Of a stretch of DNA of 64,000 nt, positions 49,601-59,648 are shown one piece after another (the first letter of the stretch is position 1; each line of letters begins with the position of its first letter). Source of the DNA: Candidatus Tectimicrobiota bacterium (GTDB lineage Bacteria; JACPUC01); NCBI GenBank assembly GCA_016192455.1, contig JACPUC010000011.1:124001-188000 (forward strand), in the 5' to 3' direction. Both the position numbers and the translations under genes were made by a program. The notes under the pieces are model-generated. The model was not told the DNA's origin. It worked only from the letters and a program-made list of their open reading frames with translations, and searched no databases.

Positions 49601-49860
49601 CTGACCGGGTTTCCGTCCGCGCCCTGGCGCGTGATGACGAAGGACTCGCCGCGCCGCGCGTCGCCGGAGAGGGGCTGCTGGGCCTCGCCCGCTCGGCCGG
49701 CGAGCGCCACCACGATCACCGCAAGGAGGAACAGCCGGCGGCTCCCCGCCACGGCCCCCAGGCGGGGCGCCCGTTCGCCTCGCCGCCGCGGCGGCCACAG
49801 CGTGGCGCCGGGTGTCGCTCGTTCCTCTTGTGTGTGCCACAGGTTCAACTGCCTGTTCAT
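46618..49860 (-). CDS. Polysaccharide export protein, Wza/KpsD-like, with multiple SLBB repeats
   Basis: FGYDLF, VGPGD Poly_export motif, repeated VxGEVxxPGxY SLBB units, QPGDTIVVP near the C-terminus; signal peptide without lipobox. Confidence 0.93.
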   Translation of the reverse strand: MNRQLNLWHTQEERATPGATLWPPRRRGERAPRLGAVAGSRRLFLLAVIVVALAGRAGEAQQPLSGDARRGESFVITRQGADGNPVRMRCSPVASPGVQALRLECAPVRQEPPNGSSEPERGEEAPFRRELPSSRWFMEQQEKVPTPGALPGLTAGEVRGSQRLAPQREGARIPEELRRREDGAMKVDLAGPDGAAQPVMPPAGGLDGGGETPFAAGPSRAGGTRQPLAEPGALEPERGRGGAAAAARRDARSAVERMFATAQDPNEIGAIRQFGYDLFAAGRDPFQSSRDLPVRDDHLVGPGDVYRIDTWGNLNESFEVAVDQTGSFFLPKVGLLPVAGLRFEQLGQYVNQRLQRYYSNFNLNIVPKRLRSIQVFVVGEVEAPGTYSLEANATAFHALFLSGGPTKRGSLRRIRLLRNGKVVQTIDLYRFLLTGDKTLDEPLRSGDTLFVPLIGHVVGVAGNVKRPGIYEFPGSLTLAEALDLSGGVTALGYLAKVKIERIEAHKRRFLTEVDLDGQQGSKEAREYEVADGDFVQIFSILPERRNSVSLAGHIYRPGEYQFQEGMRLRDLIPSAEVLKPEPYLDYAEIIRQAGPARARTILSFQPAEIFSANGHGKEANLPLQPGDQVRIFAAQEFQDLPKVGIEGEVRRPGFYELLPGMRVTELIKRAGNLTRTAYLDEAELLRRGDDHGLSYIRFNLRKGLQGDEKENPALEEQDRLVIHSVEETEFAKAVKVTGEVREPGVYPLAGNMTVRDLIFRAKGLSPYAYLPEAEITRRAVQPEGMEATRVTINLAKALEGEPAHNLPLRHLDVLMVRIIPDFGTEKTVTVEGEVRFPGVYALTKSDRISDLVERAGGFTADAYLPGSVFTRARVREMEQQRIEEMLKLQEREALRLSAEEASQNQKDEGKRKAALETRQRLASTLRSIKAAGRVVITLNPQEGLKKSKFDLMLEDGDRLLVPRIPKTVTLIGEVLNPATILHTPDQDAGYYLEKVGGYTEKANKSKLFIVRADGSVYAPGFSQASRWFATDVASADVQPGDTIVVPEKLDLKRFNFGDLRDLTTTVLSTAVLAGTAARIF

Positions 49861-49992
49861 CGCCGGATACCCCGTCTTTGAAAGGAAAACTCCGCGCGGC
49901 GCCCCACGCCGGTCACTTTCATGGCGCGGCGCCCGGCGTGCTGGCGGCGTCGCCGCGCCTCAGGCGCAGCGGGCCTCGCTGTCCCTCTGGCC

Positions 49993-51000
49993 TTACTTCC
50001 AGCCCGGGAAACTGAAGCGATAGTTGATCCCCACCCCAACGTAGCCGAAGCGCGCCAAGGTCCCCGGGCTGAACTGCTCGGCGAGGATGTTCAGGTGCGG
50101 CACCTCTCCCGCCAGACCGTTGGCAAAGAACGCCCCGAAGAGCTGCAGGGAGACGTTCGGATGCAGGAAGTAGACGACCCTGGCCTCCAGAACGGTGTTC
50201 GAGTCGGTCTCGGGGACGTTGATCCGGCGGAAGCGGACGTTGGGGCCGAAGATGTTCAGCTCCATCCCGCCGTGCCGCGTGATGAACAGGCGGCGGATGC
50301 CCCCCGCCAGCACCAGGTTCTCGGTGACCTGAAACTCCAGGTTCGTGCCGACGGTCCAGGTGTGCTGGCTTTCGCCGAGGACGGTGGTCGAGGCCCAGGA
50401 GAGCAGCGGATGCACGGCGAACCAGGAGGACCAGCGCCGCGAGCTGAGCCAGGAGAGCTGGTAAGTCTCATCCCCGAACGCCTGCCGGATGCGCGCGCGG
50501 GTCTGGGGCAGCAGGATGACCGTGAGATCGCTCGTGCGGTTGCGCAAGTAGTCGAAGCCGAGGGTGAAGGCGGGCAGCTCCTCCGTCTCCGGCCGCAGGT
50601 TGAAGCGCAGCCCGAGCCGCCGCCGATCAACCTGCGCGCCGTCCGGCAGGCGCGGCGAGATGTCGTACTGCTGCTCCTCCAGCCAGCCCCCGAGGGTGAG
50701 GCGCTCGAAGAGGCCGGCATTGACCCCGAAGCGGAAGGCGCTGAACGTATCCTCCGTCTGCTCCACGACGTTGAAGACGTCGACGGTTTTGTTGGCGAAG
50801 CGCGCGTCGCCCCACAGCTCGACGAGGCCGCGGTCCAGGGTGTACCCCATCGGCAGGTCGAGCAGCATGCGGTTGCCGGCGGCGTGCCCTGGAGTGGGAG
50901 CATTGAGAAGGAGGGAGAGCACGACCAGGAGCCGGACCGGCCGGCGCAGGAGGATGGCGAAGATTTTGCCCAAGGTCAGATTCAGGTGTTGGAGAAGCAT
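49993..51000 (-). CDS. Outer-membrane beta-barrel protein, YjbH-like
   Basis: Signal peptide ending GHA-AG; LLDLPMGYTL start of mature chain; alternating amphipathic strands; ends GYVGVGINYRF-SFPGWK. Confidence 0.6.
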   Translation of the reverse strand: MLLQHLNLTLGKIFAILLRRPVRLLVVLSLLLNAPTPGHAAGNRMLLDLPMGYTLDRGLVELWGDARFANKTVDVFNVVEQTEDTFSAFRFGVNAGLFERLTLGGWLEEQQYDISPRLPDGAQVDRRRLGLRFNLRPETEELPAFTLGFDYLRNRTSDLTVILLPQTRARIRQAFGDETYQLSWLSSRRWSSWFAVHPLLSWASTTVLGESQHTWTVGTNLEFQVTENLVLAGGIRRLFITRHGGMELNIFGPNVRFRRINVPETDSNTVLEARVVYFLHPNVSLQLFGAFFANGLAGEVPHLNILAEQFSPGTLARFGYVGVGINYRFSFPGWK

Positions 51001-51043
51001 GCCGATTCGACGTTGCCAGTTCGAGCACTCAGATGCCCTTACC

Positions 51044-54000
51044 CTACGCCGGCTTCCGAAGTGGAAAATGGGAGTGAGCTGCCTGATCCTCGCTCCCCGC
51101 GAGCTGCTCAGCAGCTCGCGCAAGGGGGGTGCGCGAGGGGACAAGGTCCCCTGCGCTCGCCGTCCCCTGCGACTGGCCCGCGTCGATGCGCAGCGCCTCA
51201 CCGCCCTGCCCGTCCGGCTGCACCGAGGCGAGGGCGGTGAGGTTCGTGCTCGCCACCAAGGGTGAGGCGCTGTGCGCATCGCTGGCCGCAAACGTGGCCT
51301 GGGTGAGCATCGCCGAGCTGATCGTGGGCGTGCTGTTCAGCCCCAGCTCGACGATCGGCAGGTTCGGCGGGCTGCCGCTGCCGGGCGAGACCGCGAACGT
51401 CGTGACGCGGGTGTTCAGCTCGTTGATGTTCGCCACCCGCTCTCCGCCTCGGCCGTTGCCGTTCGCGTCAGCGGGGATGAAGAAGCGGAAGGTCACCTCG
51501 ATCAGCCCGCGCCCGATGTTGCCCGCGGCGTCCTGGAAAGCGCCGCCGTCGAGGCTGAGGCTGGCGAGGTAGAGCAGCCCTTCGCGGATGCCGCTGGCCG
51601 AGAAGTCGATCGGGAACCCCAAGGCGTCCGGGTCGATCTCGATGGTGTGCGTGTTGCGCAGGGCCGACGCGTCGCTCGTCACCTGGAGAGTCTCGCCGAG
51701 AGCGCCGTCGATCTTCAAAAAGACGCTGTTCAAGTTCAGGTTGGCGCCCTTCAGGTCGTTCCCCTGGCCGTTGAACGGCCCGCCGGCCAGGTTGATGAGG
51801 CTGATGTTCGTCGGGAACGCCTGGCGCAGGTTCGCCAGGCCGTTCAGGAGGCTGCTGGTGTTCAAGCTGCTGCCAGCGGGAGCCGCCTCGCGCACGAAGG
51901 CCACCGACACCTTGCCGAGCACCTCGCGGTTGGCGCTGCCGCCCGGAATTTCATTGGGTCGCCGCAGGCGCACCGGCTCCGAGAACGTCAGGCGGATGTT
52001 GTCGAACAGCCCGAGCGAAGAGCTCGCCTCGGAACCCAGCACCTCCACCTTCAGGAGGACCGGCGCCTGCGTATCCGCGGCAGGCGTTCCGCCACCGCCT
52101 CCACCGCCTGCGCTGCCTCCTCCGCTTCCACCGCCGCCCGAGCCGCCGCCGCCCCCGCCGCCAGCCGCACCACCACCACCGCCACCGGCCGCGCTGCCTC
52201 CTCCTCCCCCGCCCGCGGCTGCCCCGCCGCCTCCGCCGCCCGCGGTCGCAGCGCCGCCTCCGCGAGGCAGGCCGGTTTCACTGAAGAAGAGTGTGAACCG
52301 CAGCGGCTCGGAGACGTTCCCCGCCGCGTCGATGCCCTCCAGGGCGAACTCCTGCAGGTCCAGAAGGTTGAGGGCGAGGACGAAGTGGAAGACGCCATCG
52401 ACGACCGGCTGCTCGGTGACGATCTCCTGTCCACGGCGGAGGCGCACCCGCGCGCTCTCCTCCGCCTGGCCTTGGACCAGGAAGCTCACCTCTCTGCCGA
52501 TGGTGACGCCGTCCATGGGAGCGCTGAGGACCGGCGTGCGCGGCGGGGCGGTGTCGAGGCGCAGGCGCAGGGGCGCCGAGGCGGCGAGCACCTCCCCCGC
52601 CGCGCCGAGCGCCTGCACGAGGAGCGTGTTCTCCCCCTCGGCGAGCCGCTCCGAGAGGCCGAAGGTGAAGGCGCCGTTGGCGGCGGCGACCGTGGTGGCC
52701 ACCGCCGCGTCATTGACGAACAGGCGCAGGGTTGCGTTCGGCCCCGCCGTGCCCCGAATCAACGGCTGCGGCTCGGTGAGCACCTCTCCCTCAATCGGGC
52801 TGCGGATGATGGGAACAACCACCACCCGCGGCGGACGCCGCACGGTGACGCTGACGGCCTCCGAGGCGTTGCCCGCCGCGTCCCTGGCGCGGAGGGTGAT
52901 TCCCAGCTCGTCGGCGGAGGCGGGGAAGCGCGCCGCGAAGCTGAACCGCCCCTCGGCATCAGAAGAGAAGCGCTCCTGCTGCCCGGCGGACGTTTCAAGC
53001 AGGAGCGTGGCGCCGGCCTCGGTGACACCCCGCACCGTGACGTTCGTCCCCTCGCTGCGCTCCCCCTGGAGCGGCGCCTCCAGGCGCGGCGGCGCCGGAG
53101 CTGCCGTGTCGATGCGCACCGGCAGTTCGACGGAGCTGAGCGGCGCTGTGCCGGCGACGTCCCGCGGCTCGCCGGCCGCCTGCCGGACGCTCACGGTATG
53201 GAGGCCGTCCGCCAGGTCGCGCACCGGCTGCATGCGGAAGCGGCCCTCGGCGTCGCCGCGGGCGCTGTCGAGCACCACGCCGTCGATGAGGAGCTCGAGG
53301 TCCACGCCAGGCCGCGCCCGCCCGCTCACCAGGGGCCGCGCCGTGCTGAGGACCTGGCCGCTCGACGGGCTGGTGATGATGGGCGCCACGCGGCCTTCCC
53401 GATTGATGGTGATGATGACCTGACTCGACCGCGGCGACGGCGGGTTGCCGGCCTCATCGGAGGCCTGGGCGGTGATGGCGTAGGTCCCCTCCACGAGGTC
53501 CGGCGGCGCCTGCACGGCGAAGCTCCCGAAGGCGTTCGCCAGGCCTTCGAGGCGCTGGGCCTCGCCCGGCGCCTCGAGGCGCTCGAGGAAGACGACGACC
53601 CGCGCCCCCGGCTCGCCCAGCCCCGAGATGCGCATGCCTCCCTCCCGGAAGACCTGCCCTACTTCAGGGGTCAGCAGGGTCGGCGTGAGCGACTGCGTGT
53701 CGAGGATGTAGACGAGCGGCGCCGGGCCGGCGGCGGTGTTGCCCGCCCGGTCGCGCGCGCCGACAAGCAGGGTGTAGACGCCGTCGGCCGGCAGCGCCTG
53801 CAGGCGCGCGGCGAAGCGGCCCGCGCCGTCCGCCGTGCCCGCGCCGACGGCGCGGCCGTTCAGGGTGATGGTTACCGCCGCCCCCGGCTCGGCGGCGCCG
53901 GTCACCAGGGGGGCCGGTTCGCGGCTCACCGTCCGCGGCGCCGGCGCCTCGACCTCGGGCGGGATCGTGCGGCTATCCACCGTGACCTCGACAAACGCCG

Positions 54001-56980
54001 GCTCGGAGGCGTTCCCCGCCCGGTCGAAGGCCGTCAGCGCGTAGCGCGCGACGCTGTCCGCCGCCTGCGTGAGCAGGAAGCGGAAGCGCCCGTCAGCGCT
54101 CGGCGCGCTCTCCGTCCGCCCGTCGCTCCCTTGCAGGGTGATGAAGGCGTCCGCTTCGGCCTCCCCGGAAATCTCAACCTGTGCGGCGTTGCTGAGGATC
54201 ACCGCCTGGTCTGGACGGGGCGCGGCCGGCGGCGTCGCGTCGGCGGCAAGCTGCCGGGCCGTCTGCAGGACCGTCTCGGGGATGTTCATGACCTGCCGCA
54301 GCTCCTCGAGCGCCGCGTTCAGATCGTCGGCCCGTCCGTTCACCTGGCCGGCGCGCAGGGCGCCGAGGAAGATCGCCTCCTGAATCGCCGCCGCCAGGTC
54401 GTCGTTCTCCTGCCGCTTCGGCGGCTGCTGCAGGCGCTGAGCCGACGACGCCCCCGCCGCGCTGGCCTCCAACGCCGCGGCCAACACCGCGCGCGCCGTG
54501 CTCATGAAGGCGGGCTCCGGCGTCGCGTTCAAGAGCGCCGCGATGCCGTCCGCCACCAGGCGGCTGCGCCGGCGGGGCGCCAGGTCGCGGGTGGCGCGGA
54601 TGAGGCCGCGGGCGAAGAGGGCTTGCAATCCGGTGTCCGCCAAGGCGCCTGCCGGCTGCGTGGTTGCCCCCACCCGCCCGATGCCGGCCAACACCTGCAC
54701 GAGCTTCGTCCCCGCCGCCGAATCGGGTTGCAGGGCGCCGCGCAGCAGGGACTCCACCTCCCCCTGGGTGAGCGGCGCATCGAGGCCGGCGAGGGCGCCC
54801 AGCAGCTCCTCGACGGAACGCTCGCGCACGCCGGCGAGGAAGGTGTGCAGCGCCTCCATCAGGCGGCCGCGTCCGAGCAGCTCGTCGAGACGCCGCCACA
54901 TGCGGATGAGGAGGGCGCCGCCGCCGCTCTCCCCGGCTGCCGGGATGGTCGCCAGCAGGGCCTCCGCCACCTCGTCGAGCCGGGCAAGGTCATGCGCCGG
55001 CGGGTCAGCCCCCGCGCCTTCCGCCGCCGCCGAGGCTTCCGCGGCGGCCACCGTGGCGAGCAGCAGGGCGCGCAGCACGTAGCCGTGCTCCAGCAGGCGG
55101 GTCGCCGCGTCGAGGAGCCGCCGGAGGGACGCAGCCTGCTCCGGCCCCGCGGCCGGCAGGACTGCCCCGAGGGCGGCGGCCAGGCGGCGCAGGATGTCAC
55201 GATCCTCGGCGTCGGCCCCCAGGCGGCGGATGAAGTCGGCGAGCGCCGCGACCTCAAGGGCGGGCGTCGGCGCGACGCCGCGCCGGACTGCGTCGCGCGC
55301 CAGCACGCTAAGGTCCGAGAGGGCGCCGAGGCTTTCGAGAGCGGCCTCCACAAGCGGCGGCAGGCTTGGCGTGCTCGGCGGGAACTCCCCAGCCAGGAGG
55401 CGTTCGATGACGCCCCGCGGCAGGCGCCTCAGCGGCTCCGCCGACCCGCCTGGGGCGGTCGCGGCCTTCCCGTTGGCCGGCGCCTCGGCGGCCCCTCGCG
55501 CGGCAAGCTCATCTCGCAGCGCGGCGGAGAGTTGGGCCAGCAAGGGATAGCGCTGTCCCTCCTGACTCGCCGAGGATGCCGCCGCGGCATCGGGGAGCAA
55601 AAGCGCCAGCGCGGCTTGGGGATCGATGCTGAACCCCGGCTCCGGGAAGCGCGGGTCAAGGCGGGCCGCGCAGGAGGCCGCGCTCCCCGCGCTGTTCCCG
55701 CCGCAGCTCGCATCGGCGCGCGCCAGGAGGGTCTCGAGCAGAGCCGCGGAGGCGGTGCTGGTCACGTCGAGGTTGATGTCGCTTGCCACTGCGCCGGGCG
55801 TGAACAGGGCCTGGCGCGTCATGCCGCCCCGCCGAGTCGCCAGGATGACCACCGCGTCAGGGCTGAGACCATCGGGGGCGCGCATGGCCTCGTCCAGCCG
55901 CAACTCCCCACCCTCGACCGGCGCCGCCCGCAGCGGCTCCCCCGACAGAGTGAAGACCCCCGCCGCCATGCCCGCGGGGTCGTCCCCGGCATGGCCCGCG
56001 GCGCTCTCCACGTTCAGCCGCAGCGAACGCGGCGCCACGAGGAACGGCGCGCGCCCAGCGAAGCGCGTCTCGCCGCCGCTGCCCTCCAGCTCGATGACGA
56101 CGCCGTAGTCGCCGAGGGGGAGGTCGGACGCGATGGGCGCCTCGAGGAAGACCGGCAGCTCCAGATCGAGCGGCTGGAAGCGGGCCAGGGGGCGGCGCCC
56201 CGGCGTGAGGTCCAGCCCCGCGCCCCCGCCCGGGATAAGGAAGTACTGCCCCAGCGGCGTTTCGAACGACAGGTAGGCCGTCACCTCCTCGGCCCGCGCC
56301 CCGGCATGAATGCGGCCCGCCAGGGTAAGGCGCTCGTCGGGGAAGTACGTCCTCTGGTTGAGGAGGAGCCGCACCGACGGCGCGTCCCGCACCTCGAAGC
56401 GCACCGAGCTGCGTTGGCGCGCCGCGCCGCTCTCGGGGTCGGCGGTCCAGGCGGTGAGGCGATAGGCGCCGGCTTCGAGGAGCAGGGGAAGGCCGGGATC
56501 AAGAGGGGGGCGAAGCGACAGGAAGTCGGCGACGACGAAATCCTGCTCGGCAAAGCGCCGCGCCACCGCTTGCGGCTGGCTGGTGAACTCCGGGAAATAG
56601 AGGGTGGTCCCCGAGGAAGCGCCGGCGAGCGTGGAAGGGTCTACGGCGTTCGCGGCCTCCTCCCCATCAAGCGCCTCGATGGCAAGGAAGAGGTCCACCG
56701 GCCCGGCCTCGCCCACCCGGCGCATGCGGAAGCTGAAGCTGATTTCCTCGCCGTGAGTGAGCGTCGTAGTGTTCGAGGAGAGGACGATGCGGCTGTCCGC
56801 GGCGGCCGGTCGCCAGGAAAGGAGCAGCGAGAGGAGGACCAGGGCGGCGCTCCCCCAGGGCGGCCACGCATGCCGCCGCGGCCTACGCCGGGCTGAGAGC
56901 CTGCGCGGCATCCTGCATGACATCGGCCAAGGCCAGACGGAGCGACGGCATCCAGGACCTGCCAGGCCGCCTTCTCTCAT
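51044..56980 (-). CDS. Giant secreted protein with bacterial Ig-like repeats, Gly-rich linker and SbsA-type Ig domain (1978 aa)
   Basis: Signal peptide (ALVLLSLLLSWRPAAA-DS); about 7 repeats with GxAEPGAxV and/or AxDxAGN; poly-Gly linker (~52087-52265); DTQAP...IRLTFSEPV...QDAAGN; ATGA overlap with upstream gene. Confidence 0.85.
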   Translation of the reverse strand: MREGGLAGPGCRRSVWPWPMSCRMPRRLSARRRPRRHAWPPWGSAALVLLSLLLSWRPAAADSRIVLSSNTTTLTHGEEISFSFRMRRVGEAGPVDLFLAIEALDGEEAANAVDPSTLAGASSGTTLYFPEFTSQPQAVARRFAEQDFVVADFLSLRPPLDPGLPLLLEAGAYRLTAWTADPESGAARQRSSVRFEVRDAPSVRLLLNQRTYFPDERLTLAGRIHAGARAEEVTAYLSFETPLGQYFLIPGGGAGLDLTPGRRPLARFQPLDLELPVFLEAPIASDLPLGDYGVVIELEGSGGETRFAGRAPFLVAPRSLRLNVESAAGHAGDDPAGMAAGVFTLSGEPLRAAPVEGGELRLDEAMRAPDGLSPDAVVILATRRGGMTRQALFTPGAVASDINLDVTSTASAALLETLLARADASCGGNSAGSAASCAARLDPRFPEPGFSIDPQAALALLLPDAAAASSASQEGQRYPLLAQLSAALRDELAARGAAEAPANGKAATAPGGSAEPLRRLPRGVIERLLAGEFPPSTPSLPPLVEAALESLGALSDLSVLARDAVRRGVAPTPALEVAALADFIRRLGADAEDRDILRRLAAALGAVLPAAGPEQAASLRRLLDAATRLLEHGYVLRALLLATVAAAEASAAAEGAGADPPAHDLARLDEVAEALLATIPAAGESGGGALLIRMWRRLDELLGRGRLMEALHTFLAGVRERSVEELLGALAGLDAPLTQGEVESLLRGALQPDSAAGTKLVQVLAGIGRVGATTQPAGALADTGLQALFARGLIRATRDLAPRRRSRLVADGIAALLNATPEPAFMSTARAVLAAALEASAAGASSAQRLQQPPKRQENDDLAAAIQEAIFLGALRAGQVNGRADDLNAALEELRQVMNIPETVLQTARQLAADATPPAAPRPDQAVILSNAAQVEISGEAEADAFITLQGSDGRTESAPSADGRFRFLLTQAADSVARYALTAFDRAGNASEPAFVEVTVDSRTIPPEVEAPAPRTVSREPAPLVTGAAEPGAAVTITLNGRAVGAGTADGAGRFAARLQALPADGVYTLLVGARDRAGNTAAGPAPLVYILDTQSLTPTLLTPEVGQVFREGGMRISGLGEPGARVVVFLERLEAPGEAQRLEGLANAFGSFAVQAPPDLVEGTYAITAQASDEAGNPPSPRSSQVIITINREGRVAPIITSPSSGQVLSTARPLVSGRARPGVDLELLIDGVVLDSARGDAEGRFRMQPVRDLADGLHTVSVRQAAGEPRDVAGTAPLSSVELPVRIDTAAPAPPRLEAPLQGERSEGTNVTVRGVTEAGATLLLETSAGQQERFSSDAEGRFSFAARFPASADELGITLRARDAAGNASEAVSVTVRRPPRVVVVPIIRSPIEGEVLTEPQPLIRGTAGPNATLRLFVNDAAVATTVAAANGAFTFGLSERLAEGENTLLVQALGAAGEVLAASAPLRLRLDTAPPRTPVLSAPMDGVTIGREVSFLVQGQAEESARVRLRRGQEIVTEQPVVDGVFHFVLALNLLDLQEFALEGIDAAGNVSEPLRFTLFFSETGLPRGGGAATAGGGGGGAAAGGGGGGSAAGGGGGGAAGGGGGGGSGGGGSGGGSAGGGGGGGTPAADTQAPVLLKVEVLGSEASSSLGLFDNIRLTFSEPVRLRRPNEIPGGSANREVLGKVSVAFVREAAPAGSSLNTSSLLNGLANLRQAFPTNISLINLAGGPFNGQGNDLKGANLNLNSVFLKIDGALGETLQVTSDASALRNTHTIEIDPDALGFPIDFSASGIREGLLYLASLSLDGGAFQDAAGNIGRGLIEVTFRFFIPADANGNGRGGERVANINELNTRVTTFAVSPGSGSPPNLPIVELGLNSTPTISSAMLTQATFAASDAHSASPLVASTNLTALASVQPDGQGGEALRIDAGQSQGTASAGDLVPSRTPLARAAEQLAGSEDQAAHSHFPLRKPA
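51094..51155. repeat. ~62-bp two-hairpin dispersed repeat (copy 1, inside the 3' end of the giant ORF)
   Basis: TCCCCGCGAG-hairpin-CTCG...GGGGTGCGCGAGGGG...CCC; related copies at 58312-58375 and 59491-59554. Confidence 0.75.
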
Positions 56981-58182
56981 GCCTCGAAGCTGAGGTTTAC
57001 GGGCGCCAGCACCTGCGGCGCCAGTTCGCCGCCGTCAAGGGCGCGAATGCCGGGGAAAATCTCGAAGGTCACCGGCGCGATGATAAGCAACCCAAGGTCG
57101 TCCGAGGGCAGAAAATCGCGCTTCGGAGTGACGATGACGGTTCGCCCATCGCCGGCCACCCGCAGCGTGAAGAACCTCGACGCCTCGCCCTGGCGCAGGG
57201 AGGTGCGCGGGAAGGCATCGCGCAGGAAGTCGGGAAGGCTCGCCACGCCGACGGTCAGGCCGACGTTCGGCAGGATGGTGGCGGCGTCCGGGGGCCGGTT
57301 GAACTCCACCCGCAGCTCCGGCGTGAAGGGGGCGGATGTCATCGAGACGATCTGCAGCGGCTGCGGCTGTAGAGGCGACGCGCGCAGCTCCACCTCCTCG
57401 ACCTGAACCGATCCCAGCACGTCCAGCGTCCCCGCCTGCGCGAGGCCGGCGAACCAGGTGAAGACACCCACCAGCGAAACCTCCTCGGGCAGGCTGATCC
57501 GCCACAGCTCGCGCTCCTCCGCCTGGAGCGCCACATCGGCCATGAAGGGCCGCGCCTCGGGGAGGAAATCGGGATAGAAGAGCACGGTGCGGCGGTCGGG
57601 GAACTGCACCGCCAGGTAGGCGTCGACCGGCTGATCCACCACCTGCGCGGACGACCGCAGCGTCACCACCAGCTCATCGCCGGGCCGGTACGTCGCCTGG
57701 TTGAGCTGCACGCGGAAGGCGGCGAAGGCGGGGTCGAAGAGGATCGGCGCGGACTGCTCGCACTGCGTTGCGGCGCCGGGGACCTGCAACCCTGCCACCC
57801 AGGTGTAGGCGCCGGCGGGAAGCCGCAGCGCCTCGTCAAGCTGGAGGGAGAAGAGCGGCTGGGATGCCGGCGAGGCGGCGGGCAGCGGGAAGGGGCGCGG
57901 CGCGGCGGACATCTCGAAATCCGGGAACCAAAGGGGTTCCTCAATCCCCGGGACGCGGACGCCGAGGAAGGCGGAGGTATCCGCCGCGGACGCATCTCCC
58001 AGGGCAACGAAGCTGAGATTGAGCGTATCTCCCGTCGTGTAGACGCGCTGATTGAGCGCAATCCGGACCCTCGGCGCGCACTCCTGCGCCGGGCTTTGCA
58101 CGGGGAAGAGAAACCGGCAGACAATGAAGAGAAGCAGCGCCATGAAGAAGACGCCGCGTCGTCCAGGTTGCGGAATTGTCAT
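56977..58182 (-). CDS. Secreted protein with two LNQxxYxxGD beta-sandwich-like repeats and a C-terminal SbsA/Big_5-like domain
   Basis: Signal peptide ending SPA-QE; RIALNQRVYTTGDTL and RVQLNQATYRPGDEL repeats each with FPDF/YPDF and GxYTW/FTW; LRVEFNRPPDAATI. Confidence 0.75.
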   Translation of the reverse strand: MTIPQPGRRGVFFMALLLFIVCRFLFPVQSPAQECAPRVRIALNQRVYTTGDTLNLSFVALGDASAADTSAFLGVRVPGIEEPLWFPDFEMSAAPRPFPLPAASPASQPLFSLQLDEALRLPAGAYTWVAGLQVPGAATQCEQSAPILFDPAFAAFRVQLNQATYRPGDELVVTLRSSAQVVDQPVDAYLAVQFPDRRTVLFYPDFLPEARPFMADVALQAEERELWRISLPEEVSLVGVFTWFAGLAQAGTLDVLGSVQVEEVELRASPLQPQPLQIVSMTSAPFTPELRVEFNRPPDAATILPNVGLTVGVASLPDFLRDAFPRTSLRQGEASRFFTLRVAGDGRTVIVTPKRDFLPSDDLGLLIIAPVTFEIFPGIRALDGGELAPQVLAPVNLSFEA

Positions 58183-58311
58183 GCAAGTCAAAAGCTCACG
58201 TGCTTGTGAAAGCAGCCCCGCGGGAGATCAGAGGCGGTGGTGTTCGGTTCCCGGCCCAGGCGCACTGTAGCTCTCGCTCTCTCAGGGGAGCTTCGGCCGA
58301 GACCAAACGAT

Positions 58312-58375
58312 TCCCCCGCGAGCTGCGCAGCGGCTCGCGTAAATGGGGTGCGCGAGGGGGCGCGGCTCCCTCGCA
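58312..58375. repeat. ~62-bp two-hairpin dispersed repeat (copy 2)
   Basis: TCCCCCGCGAGCTGCGCAGCGGCTCGCG...GGGGTGCGCGAGGGGGCGCGGCTCCCTCGCA. Confidence 0.75.
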
Positions 58376-58415
58376 CTTTTCTGAAGCTTTACCGGAGCAA
58401 TTGCCGCCGATCGCT

Positions 58416-59384
<969 letters not shown>

Positions 59385-59459
59385 TCAGGGCATCTGATTA
59401 CTTGAAACTTGTAGGTCTTGCGATGGCGGGAGAGAGTTATTTTGTGGGGGAAGCCTTCC

Positions 59460-59554
59460 CTGGGGGATCATTGATCCCCCAGACCCCCTTTCCCCGCGAG
59501 TTCGCCCTGCGAACTCGTCTAAGCGGGGTGCGCGAGGGGGCGAGGCTCCCTGCG
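59460..59554. repeat. GATC palindrome adjoining copy 3 of the ~62-bp repeat
   Basis: CTGGGGGATCATTGATCCCCCAG (59460-82) followed by TCCCCGCGAGTTCG...CGAACTCG...GGGGTGCGCGAGGGGGCGAGGCTCCCTGCG (59491-59554). Confidence 0.75.
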
Positions 59555-59648
59555 AACAAAACTGGGCTTACCTGACAATCTTACCTCTAGGGTTTACTTA
59601 TAGATCCTGGATGTGTTGGCTCCACAATTGAACGGATTACACGTCATC

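Noticed and set aside
52087-52265. CCG/CCA-rich tandem repeat as a contingency locus
   Set aside because: Degenerate codons encode an in-frame poly-Gly linker; not a pure slippage tract.
46915-56896. 988-aa and 1874-aa plus-strand ORFs
   Set aside because: Antisense shadows of the SLBB exporter and the giant Ig-repeat gene.
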